Assembly: GCA_965223265.1 (NCBI GenBank)
Contig: OZ244999.1
Coordinates: 5,536,001 to 5,600,000 of the forward strand
DNA length: 64,000 nucleotides
DNA from: Planctomycetota bacterium
Lineage (GTDB): Bacteria; Planctomycetota; UBA8108; SXIK01
Direction: 5' to 3'
Positions 18,587-29,309 of the stretch are shown in pieces (the stretch's first letter is position 1; the number at the start of each line of letters is the position of its first letter). The notes under the pieces were generated by a model. The model was given only the letters and a program-made list of their open reading frames with translations. It searched no databases and was not told where the DNA came from. The position numbers and the translations under genes are program-made.

Positions 18587-21175
18587 ATGAGTAACACGAA
18601 GTTTTGGCAGCTACAAAACCTTCGTATTCGCGGCAAACTCATCCTCGCTACGGTACTGCTTGGTGTGTTCGCTGTCGGTCTAGTCGGGAGCATCAGCTAC
18701 TGGCAGAGTTCGAATGCTCTTCGCAACCAAGCGTTCGCGCAGCTGTCGTCTGTGCGAAGCGTTCTGCAAGACAGTATCGAATCCTACTACCAGCAAGCGC
18801 GATACGATTTGGCCACTCATGCAGAAAGTCTCACGGTCAAAAACACGCTGAAGGATCTCTCGGCGGCTCGCAAGTCACTTCTCAGCGAGCTCGAAATGGC
18901 GGGCCAGCCCGTCGACAACAATTTGATCCGTACAGTCAACGAGACGAATCGTGAGTACTATCAAAACGTACTGATCCACAACCTCAGCCAGGTTCGTAGC
19001 GGCAACCCGGGAACGCCTGAAGAGTTCCTGCACCCGGATCCGGAAGTGAACATCCTTCAGTATGTCTACACGACGAAGAACCCGGCGCCGGTTGGAAGCA
19101 AAGAGACTCTGAACAGCCTCGAGGACATCGCGGCCAACACCGAGATTCCAACGAAGTTTCGTAACGCCTTGACGGAGACGTCGTACGTCAAGTCGCACTC
19201 GATCTACCACCCGATCCTCAGCCAACTCGTATCTCGCTTCGGATACTACGACGTGTTCATCTGCGACGACGAAGGTTACGTCGTGTACTCGGTGTTCAAG
19301 GAGCTGGACTTCAACGGCAATCTGCGGACCGGTCCGCAGAAGGACACGGGAATCGGTAAAGCCTTCGCCCTGGCGTGGGAAGCTGAGCGCGACGGTTCCC
19401 TCGATGGACACGTTAAGAGCACCGACATCGAGCCCTATCCGATCTCCTACGACGCGCCTGCCACATTCCTCGGCTGTCCGATCTACGACGAGGACGGAAC
19501 GAAGCAGGGCGTGATGATCTACCAGCTACCGATCGACAAAATCAACGGCGTCACGACGATGGGCGGTCGTCAGGAAGAGGTTGGATTGGGCGCATCGGGT
19601 GAGAGCTACATCGTCGGCCCGGACTTCCGGCAACGCACAAACTCCCGATTCATCTCAGACCTCGAGGAAGGCTCGGCCAAGCGTAAGGTCATCTCTGCAG
19701 ACGGCAAGGAGATCAGCTTCACGTCGATCGGCATGCTTGAGGTGCCGACCGACGGCGCGAAGAGAATCTTTTCGCCCAGTGTGTCTGATCGAATCGGCGT
19801 CGACGTCTACCCAGACTACCGCGGCATTCCGGTTCTCGGATCCTATGGTCCCCTCGAAATCGCAGGTATGACCTACGGACTTCTGACAGAGATTGATGCC
19901 GCGGAAGCCTTCGCCGCAGCCCGAGCTCAGCGCAACGCGGCGCTCGGCGTTGGAACATTCACCCTGGCGATTTTCGTGCTTGTTTCTGTTCTCTTTGCGC
20001 GTCAGATCTCACGCCCAATCGCCAGCCTCGTCGAAACCGCCAACAAAGTCGCTGCCGGTGACGACACCGCTCGAGCCGAAGTGATGAGCTCCGACGAGAT
20101 CGGAGAACTCGCAGAACAGTTCAATGAAATGGTCGACTCTCGCGTCAAGGCTCAGCAAGAAATCGCGGCGGAGAACAGGCGCCTTCAGAGCGATATCCGC
20201 GGTCTGCTCGAGGTCGTGAGCGACGCTTCGGACGGAGACCTTTCGGTGCGTGCCACCGTCACCGAAGGTGCGCTCGGAAACGTCGCAGACGCTCTCAACC
20301 TCATGTTCGAGAACGTCGGCGAGCTGATCCAAGAGGTCCAGGCCGCGTCGCTGCGCGTCGCGTCGGCTTCGAGCGAGATTCAAGTCGCCTCCGAGCAGTT
20401 GGCCGACGGCGCTCGCAAGCAGGCTGAAGAGGTCGTTAACACAACTGCCGCCGTCCAGGAGATGTCCTCCAATATTGAATCGGTGGCGAACAATGCCTCC
20501 GTCGCCGCAGAGGCAGGTCAAAAGACGAAAGAGGCCTCGGACGTCGGTAACGAGGCGGTGTCGAAGGTCATCCACGGCATGGATCGCATTCGCGAGAACG
20601 TGCTCGCGGGAGCGAAGAAGATCAAGCGCCTCGGCGATCGCTCGATGGAGATTTCTACGATCGTCAACACGATCGAAGAGATCTCGGCGCAGACGGACAT
20701 GCTGGCGCTCAACGCGGCGATCGAAGCTGCGCGTGCCGGGGAACATGGCCGTGGGTTCTCAGTTGTCGCCGAGGAGGTGAGGAAGCTCGCCGAACGTACC
20801 GCTGGTGCGACTCGCGAGATCGAGAAGCTCATCGGAGGCATCCAAGCGGAGACCAACGAAGCGGTCTCGAGCATGGAAGAGCAGACCAGCGACGTGGAGA
20901 ACGAAAGCCGCGTGGTCGGTAGCGCCGGTGAATCACTCACTCACATCGGTCAAGCGACAGATCAGGCTGCGGAGTTGATCAACGAGATCAGTCTGTCGGC
21001 AAAGCAGCAAGTCCGCGGCGCGGCAGGCGTCGTCCAGGCGATGGAATTCGTCGCCGACATCGCCAAGCAAGCCCAGGCCGGCGCCGAGCAGACCAAGAAG
21101 TCGACGGAGGAGGTCGCAGCACTGGCAAACGACCTCACTTCGAAGATCGGTCAGTTCAAAGTCACGGCCAACTGA
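18587..21175 (+). CDS. Methyl-accepting chemotaxis protein, PilJ-like (TM, Cache-type periplasmic domain, TM, HAMP, MA)
   Basis: Two TM helices; YYDVFI..GYVVYSVFKELDF; DEIGELAEQFNEM; GALGNVADALN; IKRLGDRSMEISTIV; QTDMLALNAAIEAARAGEHGRGFSVVAEEVRKLAE. Confidence 0.96.
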   Translation: MSNTKFWQLQNLRIRGKLILATVLLGVFAVGLVGSISYWQSSNALRNQAFAQLSSVRSVLQDSIESYYQQARYDLATHAESLTVKNTLKDLSAARKSLLSELEMAGQPVDNNLIRTVNETNREYYQNVLIHNLSQVRSGNPGTPEEFLHPDPEVNILQYVYTTKNPAPVGSKETLNSLEDIAANTEIPTKFRNALTETSYVKSHSIYHPILSQLVSRFGYYDVFICDDEGYVVYSVFKELDFNGNLRTGPQKDTGIGKAFALAWEAERDGSLDGHVKSTDIEPYPISYDAPATFLGCPIYDEDGTKQGVMIYQLPIDKINGVTTMGGRQEEVGLGASGESYIVGPDFRQRTNSRFISDLEEGSAKRKVISADGKEISFTSIGMLEVPTDGAKRIFSPSVSDRIGVDVYPDYRGIPVLGSYGPLEIAGMTYGLLTEIDAAEAFAAARAQRNAALGVGTFTLAIFVLVSVLFARQISRPIASLVETANKVAAGDDTARAEVMSSDEIGELAEQFNEMVDSRVKAQQEIAAENRRLQSDIRGLLEVVSDASDGDLSVRATVTEGALGNVADALNLMFENVGELIQEVQAASLRVASASSEIQVASEQLADGARKQAEEVVNTTAAVQEMSSNIESVANNASVAAEAGQKTKEASDVGNEAVSKVIHGMDRIRENVLAGAKKIKRLGDRSMEISTIVNTIEEISAQTDMLALNAAIEAARAGEHGRGFSVVAEEVRKLAERTAGATREIEKLIGGIQAETNEAVSSMEEQTSDVENESRVVGSAGESLTHIGQATDQAAELINEISLSAKQQVRGAAGVVQAMEFVADIAKQAQAGAEQTKKSTEEVAALANDLTSKIGQFKVTAN

Positions 21176-21204
21176 GGATTCTGACTAGGGGATCATGTCA
21201 CAGT

Positions 21205-22449
21205 ATGTGGAACTGCACACGAATCTTTCAGTTGCGGTGGAACACGCTCATTGTTGTCGCACTGGTGACGACGATCCCTTGCGGTTGCGTCAGCACGCAC
21301 CGGGCGTCGCGATCGGTTCACTCTCGGCAGGTCGCTGCCGAGAGCGGACCGGACGCGGCTGACCAGGTTCTCGTTCAGGGCGATCAGCGCGAGGGACTCG
21401 AAACAGAACCAACAGGCGATCTCGTCGGATCAACTGTCCCGGAATCGGATCCGTCGACTTCGGATGGATCGAACTTAGCGGATCCCGAGAGTGACCCATC
21501 GGAATCGACCGAGCCCGAGATCCCTACTTGGGACTCGAAGCCGGAAGAGAATGAAATCTCAACTCCCGGCGATCTACCGGAGACGGGGCTTCACGGTGAC
21601 GTCGCGTTCGAGACCCCCGTCGAGCAGGATGAGTCCGTCGCCTCCGAGTTTCAGCCGTTGGATTTTGCGAGCGACGACTCGCCAGATGGAAACTCTGTCT
21701 GGCTCGAAAACGATGTCCCAACATCGTCCGCGGGCATACCCAGCACCGAGATTCAATCTGAGGATCTCACCGGTTCGACGACTTCTCGTTCAGACTCTGA
21801 TGAAGTCCATGTCTCCCCCACTGACACGATGCTCGAAACGTTGCCCGTTTCGGATGTCGAGACCTCCTCGCCCGCCGCAGCTGAGAAAGCAGAAAACACT
21901 GAATCAGTCGTCCACGACACCTCAGTGGTCGAAAGCCACAGAATCGCGTCGCGAGCGGCCGACTCGGAACCACGCGTCGAACTGCGTACGAAAGAGGGGA
22001 CGATCCTCCTCCGGCTTCATCCTGAGGCCGCCCCTAAGCACGTCGAACGATTCGTGCGGCTCGTGCAGGACGGCCACTGGAAGTCGTGGCGCTTCTATCG
22101 CGTGTTGAAAGGCAACCTCGCCGAATTCGGCGACGTCGGTACAGTCTCGGCAGACGTCGAGAGCGTCGACGCAGAGGTAGCTCTCCCAAACCGTCGGGGA
22201 GCACTGGGTGCCGTTCGCGCACCGCTATTCGGCAATCCGACGAAGAGCTCTGCGGCCAACCGCTTTTACATCTGCCTCGATTCGAAACCACAGCTGGACG
22301 CTGGCTTTACGGTCTTCGGATCGGTCGAGTCTGGCTGGGAAACCATCGAAAAACTCAGAACCGGACCTGACCACCTGAACGGCCAAATCCTACCGTTCGA
22401 ATCGTCCGACGGCCTCGTCGAGGTTCGCGTCGTACACGCCGGTGAGTAG
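21205..22449 (+). CDS. Lipoprotein with long acidic disordered linker and C-terminal cyclophilin-like domain
   Basis: Hydrophobic N-terminus with PCGC; ~220 aa S/T/E/D/P-rich stretch; G.ILLRLHPEAAPKHVERF, FYRV, RGALGAVR, FYICL..PQLD..FTVFGSV..G. Confidence 0.75.
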   Translation: MWNCTRIFQLRWNTLIVVALVTTIPCGCVSTHRASRSVHSRQVAAESGPDAADQVLVQGDQREGLETEPTGDLVGSTVPESDPSTSDGSNLADPESDPSESTEPEIPTWDSKPEENEISTPGDLPETGLHGDVAFETPVEQDESVASEFQPLDFASDDSPDGNSVWLENDVPTSSAGIPSTEIQSEDLTGSTTSRSDSDEVHVSPTDTMLETLPVSDVETSSPAAAEKAENTESVVHDTSVVESHRIASRAADSEPRVELRTKEGTILLRLHPEAAPKHVERFVRLVQDGHWKSWRFYRVLKGNLAEFGDVGTVSADVESVDAEVALPNRRGALGAVRAPLFGNPTKSSAANRFYICLDSKPQLDAGFTVFGSVESGWETIEKLRTGPDHLNGQILPFESSDGLVEVRVVHAGE

Positions 22450-22473
22450 GCCGAGTCAACACAGGAGAACACA

Positions 22474-22833
22474 ATGAGAGCACTCATCATCGACGACAGC
22501 ATGTCAGAGATCAAGCTGATGACCGCCGCTTTGGAAGATCACGGATTCGTCTGTGAATACGCCAGCGACGGCGTGGCTGGCGAAGAAAAAGCAAAGAGTA
22601 TGCAACCCGACATCATTTTGATGGACGTCGTGATGCCGAACCGAAATGGTTTTCAAACATGCCGCAAGCTGAAGAAGTGCGACGAAACCAAGGATATCCC
22701 AGTCATTCTGGTCACGTCCAAAGGCGAAGATTCCGACAGGGCGTGGGGCCTGAAACAAGGCGCGTCCGACTACCTCGTTAAGCCGTTCGACCCAGATGAG
22801 CTCGTTCGGACTGTCAGAAAAGTCCTCGGCTGA
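22474..22833 (+). CDS. Single-domain response regulator, PilH-like
   Basis: IIDDS, PDIILMDVVMP.RNGFQTCR, IPVILVTSK...DRAWGLKQGA..YLVKPF; AGGAG RBS. Confidence 0.92.
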   Translation: MRALIIDDSMSEIKLMTAALEDHGFVCEYASDGVAGEEKAKSMQPDIILMDVVMPNRNGFQTCRKLKKCDETKDIPVILVTSKGEDSDRAWGLKQGASDYLVKPFDPDELVRTVRKVLG

Positions 22834-22856
22834 ACCGAACCGATCAGGAGTCGTTC

Positions 22857-23324
22857 ATGTCTACCAACACGCCAACCGAGCGAACAATGATTCACGCTTG
22901 CGTGTTCGAGCGCGGCGGCGACCTCTTCGGGGTCGAAGCCAAGGCCGTGGTGCAAATCATGTTTCGCCCGCAGTTGACGACCGTTCCTGCTGCGCCCAGT
23001 TTCGTGCGCGGCGCCATGAACCTGCGCGGAGAAATCGTTCCCGTTGTAGCTATTGACGCAGAGATCGGCGTCGAATCGGATCTGCCGTTTCCCGCGAGGC
23101 ATCCAGTTCTGGTTCTTCAGACCGAGTTTGACCTCGTTGCGATACCCGTAGAGCGCGTGCTTTCGGTGACACGGATTCCGATCAGTGTGCGCGAAGAGCA
23201 GGTTGAGAGCCGAAGCGAAGCGCAGTATGTGCGTGCAGTGTGTGAATCACACGGACGCGTCGTCGCAATGCTCGACTACGAGCAGATGTTCCGAGATCTT
23301 CAACAGAGAGTCCATTCCACTTGA
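22857..23324 (+). CDS. cheW: CheW adaptor (PilI-like)
   Basis: LTTVPAAPSFVRGAMNLRGEIVPVV motif. Confidence 0.9.
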   Translation: MSTNTPTERTMIHACVFERGGDLFGVEAKAVVQIMFRPQLTTVPAAPSFVRGAMNLRGEIVPVVAIDAEIGVESDLPFPARHPVLVLQTEFDLVAIPVERVLSVTRIPISVREEQVESRSEAQYVRAVCESHGRVVAMLDYEQMFRDLQQRVHST

Positions 23325-23521
23325 GTCGTCTTCGCGCAGCTTTGCGCAAGTGACGACCTTTTTCGAAAATATCGACCTCGTCAGACACGACGCTCGCGGG
23401 CTCAATAGGACCGCAACGGTCACAGAATCCGCTGAGCTCTCACCTTCCGCTCGAAGGATTCGACGACGAAGTAACAAACAACCGAAACCAAAAACGAGAC
23501 GCCTCAAGGAGACCAACTGTC

Positions 23522-26500
23522 ATGGCGCAACGTGACTACCAGAGCGAGATGGCGCCCTATTTCATTGAGGACGCGCGACAGTTCCTGGCCGACGCGCGTG
23601 ACGCCCTGGCCAACGTTGGGCAAGGCGCTGACGACAAGAAACTTCTCGAAGACAGCATACGAGCTGTTCACGCCCTTAAAGGCGCTGCTGGCCTCTTCAA
23701 GCAAAACGAAATCCATCTCATCTGCTCGGACCTGGAGCGCCTGCTCGAGGTCGGAAGATCTCTGGTTCACGTCGACACGGACGGCTTTTCGCGCCTTGCC
23801 GAGTTCGCCGTCGAGTCTCTCGCGCTCGTCGAGCAGCTCGTCGACACGATCGGCAACGACACGAGCGGCAATGCCGACATCCTTGAGGAGTTCCAAGCGA
23901 GCGCCAACGCCAACTACGGTGGATTCCTCGAGAGCTTCGGCTCGGGAACGTCCAACGGCGGGACACTCGAGCTTGGTGACGCTGTCGACCCAGAGATCCT
24001 CGAGTGCTTCAAGGAAGAAGCGCAGGACATTTTCGAAGGCATCCACGATTGCCTCGATCAACTGAATGGCGACCCAAGCGATCTCGAGTCGATCCGCCAA
24101 CTTGCGCGACTCTTTCACACCCTCAAGGGGTCTTCCGGCCTCGCCGGTCTGCAGGGCGTGCAAGCTCTCGCAAAGACCGTGCAGGACACCCTTGAGCAGG
24201 CTGCGGATGCTGGCGAGTCGTTGGACGAAGACCAAATCGCTCGGGTCACTGAGACGGCTGACCGCATAGAGGAGGAGCTCTGGGGAGGCCGAGCGGTCGG
24301 AGTCAGTACGCCCGTCTCTGCTGCGCCGCTGGCCGCGGAGTCCGTCGACGAAGAACTCGTCGAAGTTTTCTTGGAAGAGGCAGGCGCCTACCTCGAAGAG
24401 ATCGACGCAGCAATCGATAGTTTCATCGACGAGTTCTCCCCCGCCGCCGTCGAACGACTCGCAAAGCTGTTCCACACGATCAAAGGGTCCGCCGGTGTCG
24501 TCAACCTCTCTGAGGCCAGCAGTCTTGCCAGGGAGGCAAACGACTTCCTCGAATCCCTTGTCAGCGACGGGTCCAGCGGCGACGCGGATGTATGCGCATT
24601 TGTCGCAGAAAGAGTCGCAGGTATCAAAGCTGCCGTTGGACTTTCGACAACAGCCGTCGACGTCGAAAGCGAAGCCGCGATCGACGACGAAGACGAGGAC
24701 CTGGCGTTCTTCGTGGTCGACTCCCGCGAAAATCTCGAAAGTTTCACGCGCTGCGTGCTTGCATACGAGAAGAGCCCCTCGGACGACCTCGTCGAGGAGA
24801 TGTTTCGGGCAGTCCATACAATCAAAGGCGCCTCGACACTCGTTGGTCTACGAGACATGGTCGAAGCCGCGGGTATCCTCGAAGACTTTCTCGAGCGCAT
24901 CGTCGATGGTTCTCTCGCCGACGTTGAGACTGTAAACCTGGTCGACGCTCTGTTCACCGGAGCCGACACGCTGACAGCGATTCTCCAACGTGCAGTGGGA
25001 GAGGAGTACGACCACGAGCAAGCGGATCGCAACCTGGCTGCCGTCGTCGCTGAACTCGTGGAAGCGGTGAGCAGAAAGCAGGCAGTCGTGCTCGAGACCG
25101 CCGGCCCAGATCTCTCCGCAGTCGACGCGGACGACGAAATCGATGACCTTCTGGTTGTTGATCCACAGGCAATCGCCGAAGTCCGTCCGGAGCTGCCCGC
25201 CGCGTCGCTCGATACGCCGACCCCCAAGAAGGCTCGTCGACTCGCCGAAGCTGCGGAGAAGACCCCGGCGGATAAGGAGCGCAAGGACCGCCAGACGATC
25301 AGGATTGACTCGAATCGCCTCAATCAGGTGATGAACCTGGTCGGCGAGCTGATCACGAGTCGCACGCGTCTCTCTAGCCGCGTCAGTGGCTTAGGGGGAA
25401 TTCGCGAAGAGCTCGGCGCACGGAAGGACCGTCTCCTCGAGCTCGTCAATGACTTCCAGATAAAGTATGAGTTCGGACAGACGCTTGGCCGTCTGGGCGG
25501 AATGTTCGGCGACGACTCAGAATCGGAATTCTCCGAGCTGGAATTCGATCGCTACGACGACTTCAACATTCTCAGCCGCGGTCTCATGGAGATCACCTCA
25601 GATGTCTCCGAGATCATGAGCCAACTCGACCGACTGTTTCGCGAGGTAGCCGAAGAAGCGAACAACGTTTCCAAGGTCACCTCCAACATGCAGTACGAGA
25701 TCACACAACTACGGATGGTCCCGGCCGCGACACTCTTCGATCGGCTACGCCGACCGATTCGAGACGCCGCGCGCAAAGAGGGGAAACAGGTCGAACTCAC
25801 CTGCCTCGGCGAAGAGACTGAGCTCGACAAGGCGATCATCGACGACCTGTTCAGTCCCTTCCTCCATCTGGTACGAAACGCCGTCAGCCACGGTATTGAG
25901 AGTACGGACGTCCGCCGCTCCCAGTCGAAGGTCGCGGCCGGCACGATTGCACTGAAAGCCTACCAAGAAGGAAACAACGTCGTCATCGAAGTACACGACG
26001 ACGGCGCGGGAATCGACCTCGACGCAGTGAAGGAGCGTGGCCGCGACCTCGGCATTCTCCATCCGACCGAAGAGCCGACGGAAGAGGAGCTTCTTTCGCT
26101 CATCTTCCGCTCTGGATTCTCAACACGCTCGCAAGTATCAGACGTATCGGGCCGCGGCGTCGGCATGGATGCCGTCGCCGACACGATCAACCGTCTCAAC
26201 GGTTCGATCTCTGTTCAGTCGCTGCAGGGCGTGGGAACCAAGGTCGTGGTACGCCTGCCACTCACACTTGCGATCAATCAAGCACTCATCGTGTCGGTGT
26301 GCCAGCAGACCTTCGCGATACCTCTGAACTACGTCGAGGAAGCCATCAGCATCGACCTGAACGACGTCGAAACGCTCTCGGGCGCCGAGGTCATCCGCAT
26401 CCGCGGCACAGTCGTGCCGCTGGTGAGGATTGGACGACGCTTCGGCCTCCAGTCGCCCGACGGGGAGAAAGCAAACACCGCGGTGGTTGTGACGATGGAT

Positions 26501-27130
26501 GGAAGACGCGTAGCGTTGCTTGTGGACCGCGTTCTTCGGCGCCAGGAGATCGTCGTGAAGAGCTCGGGTGAGTTCCTCCGCCAACTGAGACACATTGGTG
26601 GCGGAACGATCGGGGGCGACGGCGGAGTCTATTTCATCGTGGACGTGCCAACCGTCATTGCACAGCCAGATGAAAGCGGCTCGAGCATCAACACCGATGA
26701 ACGCTCGTTCCAATCGGCGGAACCGACAAAGAAGCTAAAGCGACAGGGCCGATGGGTTCTTGTCGTCGATGACTCGATCTCGGTGCGAAAGGTCGCGAGC
26801 AAGCTCCTGGTTGCCGCTGGATTCAAGGTCGATCTGGCTGTCGACGGCTTGGACGCGCTCGAGTATTTGCGGCAAAACAAGTACGAAGCTGTATTGACAG
26901 ATCTTGAGATGCCACAGATGCACGGCTACGAACTCATCGCTGAGATTCGCCGCCTCAAAGAGACCCGTGACCTGCCGATCGTTGTCGTTACGTCTCGCAC
27001 CGGCCAGAAGCATGTGCAGAAGGCCCTTGATTTGGGAGCCAATGCATATCTCGGCAAGCCGTTCACGCAGAACGATCTGATCTCGAACATCGAGAAAGTG
27101 ATCCGGCAAGCGGCGATGACGACCGTGTAG
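23522..27130 (+). CDS. cheA: Hybrid chemosensory histidine kinase CheA (ChpA/PilL-like): four Hpt, dimerisation, HATPase, CheW, REC
   Basis: HALKG, HTLKG, HTIKG, HTIKG; MNLVGELI; ELEFDRY; HLVRNAVSHGIE; DDGAGID; SGFST..SGRGVGMD; C-terminal VVDDS..DLEMP..KPF. Confidence 0.96.
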   Translation: MAQRDYQSEMAPYFIEDARQFLADARDALANVGQGADDKKLLEDSIRAVHALKGAAGLFKQNEIHLICSDLERLLEVGRSLVHVDTDGFSRLAEFAVESLALVEQLVDTIGNDTSGNADILEEFQASANANYGGFLESFGSGTSNGGTLELGDAVDPEILECFKEEAQDIFEGIHDCLDQLNGDPSDLESIRQLARLFHTLKGSSGLAGLQGVQALAKTVQDTLEQAADAGESLDEDQIARVTETADRIEEELWGGRAVGVSTPVSAAPLAAESVDEELVEVFLEEAGAYLEEIDAAIDSFIDEFSPAAVERLAKLFHTIKGSAGVVNLSEASSLAREANDFLESLVSDGSSGDADVCAFVAERVAGIKAAVGLSTTAVDVESEAAIDDEDEDLAFFVVDSRENLESFTRCVLAYEKSPSDDLVEEMFRAVHTIKGASTLVGLRDMVEAAGILEDFLERIVDGSLADVETVNLVDALFTGADTLTAILQRAVGEEYDHEQADRNLAAVVAELVEAVSRKQAVVLETAGPDLSAVDADDEIDDLLVVDPQAIAEVRPELPAASLDTPTPKKARRLAEAAEKTPADKERKDRQTIRIDSNRLNQVMNLVGELITSRTRLSSRVSGLGGIREELGARKDRLLELVNDFQIKYEFGQTLGRLGGMFGDDSESEFSELEFDRYDDFNILSRGLMEITSDVSEIMSQLDRLFREVAEEANNVSKVTSNMQYEITQLRMVPAATLFDRLRRPIRDAARKEGKQVELTCLGEETELDKAIIDDLFSPFLHLVRNAVSHGIESTDVRRSQSKVAAGTIALKAYQEGNNVVIEVHDDGAGIDLDAVKERGRDLGILHPTEEPTEEELLSLIFRSGFSTRSQVSDVSGRGVGMDAVADTINRLNGSISVQSLQGVGTKVVVRLPLTLAINQALIVSVCQQTFAIPLNYVEEAISIDLNDVETLSGAEVIRIRGTVVPLVRIGRRFGLQSPDGEKANTAVVVTMDGRRVALLVDRVLRRQEIVVKSSGEFLRQLRHIGGGTIGGDGGVYFIVDVPTVIAQPDESGSSINTDERSFQSAEPTKKLKRQGRWVLVVDDSISVRKVASKLLVAAGFKVDLAVDGLDALEYLRQNKYEAVLTDLEMPQMHGYELIAEIRRLKETRDLPIVVVTSRTGQKHVQKALDLGANAYLGKPFTQNDLISNIEKVIRQAAMTTV

Positions 27131-27143
27131 GGCGAACTGAAAA

Positions 27144-28241
27144 GTGATCGACGTGTTGGTAGTAGACGACTCACTGTACATGCAGAAACGCATCTGTGAG
27201 ATGTTGACTCGTGACGGTGACATTCGAGTCGTCGGCAAGGCGGTCGATGGCATTCAGGCCGTGGGAATGGCTCGTGACCTGCAGCCGGATGTCATCACGA
27301 TGGACCTCCGTATGCCACGCATGGGTGGCCTCGAGGCTACGCAGGAAATCATGGCCTCGAATCCGAAGCCCATCGTCATTTTCAGCTCATATTCGAAAAG
27401 GGACGGAGCCGACGGTGTTACCGCGTTGGATCTCGGCGCCATCGACATCGTTGAAAAGCCGAACGGCGCCGTCAGTCTCGAGCTGGGAGAAATCGGTGAG
27501 GAACTGGTCGAGAAGGTCCGAATCGCCGCACGCGTACGGGTGGTACGGAACGTCACGGCTGGCGAAAAGCCTACACTGTCAACACCTCCAGCTCCTCCCC
27601 GTCCACGTGCAGCGCCCCCGGTTAGACAGCCGAGCAGGCAATCGCCCGATCGGGGCGAAAGGCAGATCATCTGCTTCGCGAGCTCGACGGGCGGCCCGGG
27701 TGTGCTCGGCACGATCTTGGCCTCGCTGCCGCAGCGATTCCCTCTACCGATCGTGATCGCACAGCACATGCCAGGGCAATTCACGCGTTCATTCTCGGAA
27801 CAACTGGACCGTAAGTGTGCCCTGCGGGTGAAAGAAGCCGAAGAACGTGAAGCCCTCGTCCCGGGTGTCGTGTACGTCGCTCCGGGGTTTCGGCATCTAA
27901 ACGTTTCACCTGGAGGTCACGCTGAGATTCTGAGTCCTGACGCTGTGACGGGTCCGTCCCCATCGGCGAACACGCTCTTCGAAAGCGCAGTCGAATACTA
28001 CGGCGCTGGAGTCGTTGCGATAGTTCTTAGCGGCATGGGAGGAGATGGCGCTCGTGGTGTCAAATGCGTGTACGACGCGGGTGGCCAGACCGTGGCCCAA
28101 GAAGAGGCGAGCTGTGCAGTCTTCGGAATGCCGAAAGCTGCCATCGAAACGGGTTGCGTACGCAGGATTCTGTCAATCGAACAAATCATTTCTGAACTCC
28201 GACGCACTACGGTCTTTTGCGGCAATGGAGGCGCACTGTGA
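27144..28241 (+). CDS. cheB: Chemotaxis response regulator protein-glutamate methylesterase
   Basis: N-terminal REC (DVITMDLRMP); catalytic motifs ASSTGGP, QHMP, LSGMGGDG, VFGMP. Confidence 0.95.
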   Translation: MIDVLVVDDSLYMQKRICEMLTRDGDIRVVGKAVDGIQAVGMARDLQPDVITMDLRMPRMGGLEATQEIMASNPKPIVIFSSYSKRDGADGVTALDLGAIDIVEKPNGAVSLELGEIGEELVEKVRIAARVRVVRNVTAGEKPTLSTPPAPPRPRAAPPVRQPSRQSPDRGERQIICFASSTGGPGVLGTILASLPQRFPLPIVIAQHMPGQFTRSFSEQLDRKCALRVKEAEEREALVPGVVYVAPGFRHLNVSPGGHAEILSPDAVTGPSPSANTLFESAVEYYGAGVVAIVLSGMGGDGARGVKCVYDAGGQTVAQEEASCAVFGMPKAAIETGCVRRILSIEQIISELRRTTVFCGNGGAL

Positions 28242-28813
28242 ATCTTGTCATCCGGAACAACGTCGAACGAAGTCGGAAATCGTCAACAGATGACGTCACC
28301 GAGTATCTGATTCTGGAGGCGAGTGACACGTTCTACGCACTTTCAATCTCCGAAGTGGAACATGTCTTCTCCGCGAAGCACTCTGGTATGGATCGAGTGC
28401 AATCCAACTACACTCCGCTGCTCGGTTTTCTCGCCTGGAACGGCGCCTCGACTCCGGTACTCGACCTGCAGACACATCTCGAAGCGTCCGCATCGCCGCA
28501 AGCTTCGACAAAGGTCGAGTCCATAAGAATCCAGACTGGCTCCATCATTCTGGCGACACACGGTGGGACGACGTGCGGACTATTGGTCGATCGCATCATG
28601 GACATAACTCGAGTCGCCTCGACCCAGCTGCAGCCCTATCCAAAGGGAAGCCTCGCTTGCCCCAGGCGGCTCTACCGCGCAACGCTAGTGATGGATCACG
28701 GCATCGCGGCAGTATTAAACCGGCCGGGCATACTGTCTCAATCGGTGCGAGATTTCCTCGGCACCGCAACGGCGGATTACGAATCTTCTGCTGTTTCTAA
28801 CAACGACGATTAG
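28238..28813 (+). CDS. CheW-like protein (divergent)
   Basis: GTG overlaps the cheB stop; YALSISEVEHV, LLGFLAWNG..PVLDL, GLLVDRIMDI. Confidence 0.75.
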   Translation: MNLVIRNNVERSRKSSTDDVTEYLILEASDTFYALSISEVEHVFSAKHSGMDRVQSNYTPLLGFLAWNGASTPVLDLQTHLEASASPQASTKVESIRIQTGSIILATHGGTTCGLLVDRIMDITRVASTQLQPYPKGSLACPRRLYRATLVMDHGIAAVLNRPGILSQSVRDFLGTATADYESSAVSNNDD

Positions 28814-28822
28814 GAGCGCACG

Positions 28823-29260
28823 ATGTCAATAGCTGTCGGAGAGAGCAGCACCCAACTCGCCGCGGGCACGCAGCTCGTGCTCGTGCGCACTGAAAGAGAC
28901 CGCTTCGCCGTTCCGGCTAGTGACGTCATTGAATACGTCCCTTGTGGTCCTCTTTTTTGTCCCCCCGCAATGCACACACATATCAAGGGCTTCGGAAAGC
29001 ACCGAGATCGTGCACTTCCGATCGTCGACCTCGACGCGTTAGGTGACGACCCTGCTCAAGGAGATCGCCACATGATTCGCTGGCTCATCGTTCAGCGGCG
29101 CGACGGCCCGATGATTCTCGGGGTTCGAGTCGTCATCGGACTCAGTGCCTTGGGCTCTTCGGGGGCGGACCGCGTTCCCGACCGCCCCACTGCGATCGAG
29201 ACGCGCTTTGTCGTGGACGATGAACCCTACTGGATTGTCGATTGCAACCTTCTCTTCTAG
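28823..29260 (+). CDS. CheW-like protein (divergent)
   Basis: AGGAG RBS; FAVPASDVIE, HIKGFGKHRDRALPIVDL resemble the CheW core. Confidence 0.65.
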   Translation: MSIAVGESSTQLAAGTQLVLVRTERDRFAVPASDVIEYVPCGPLFCPPAMHTHIKGFGKHRDRALPIVDLDALGDDPAQGDRHMIRWLIVQRRDGPMILGVRVVIGLSALGSSGADRVPDRPTAIETRFVVDDEPYWIVDCNLLF

Positions 29261-29309
29261 CCAATCAACCGAAATTCATTGCCATAACTCTCACGAGAAA
29301 GGAACTACG

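Noticed and set aside
23504-24817. 437-aa minus-strand ORF
   Set aside because: Antisense shadow of cheA with no recognisable motifs.
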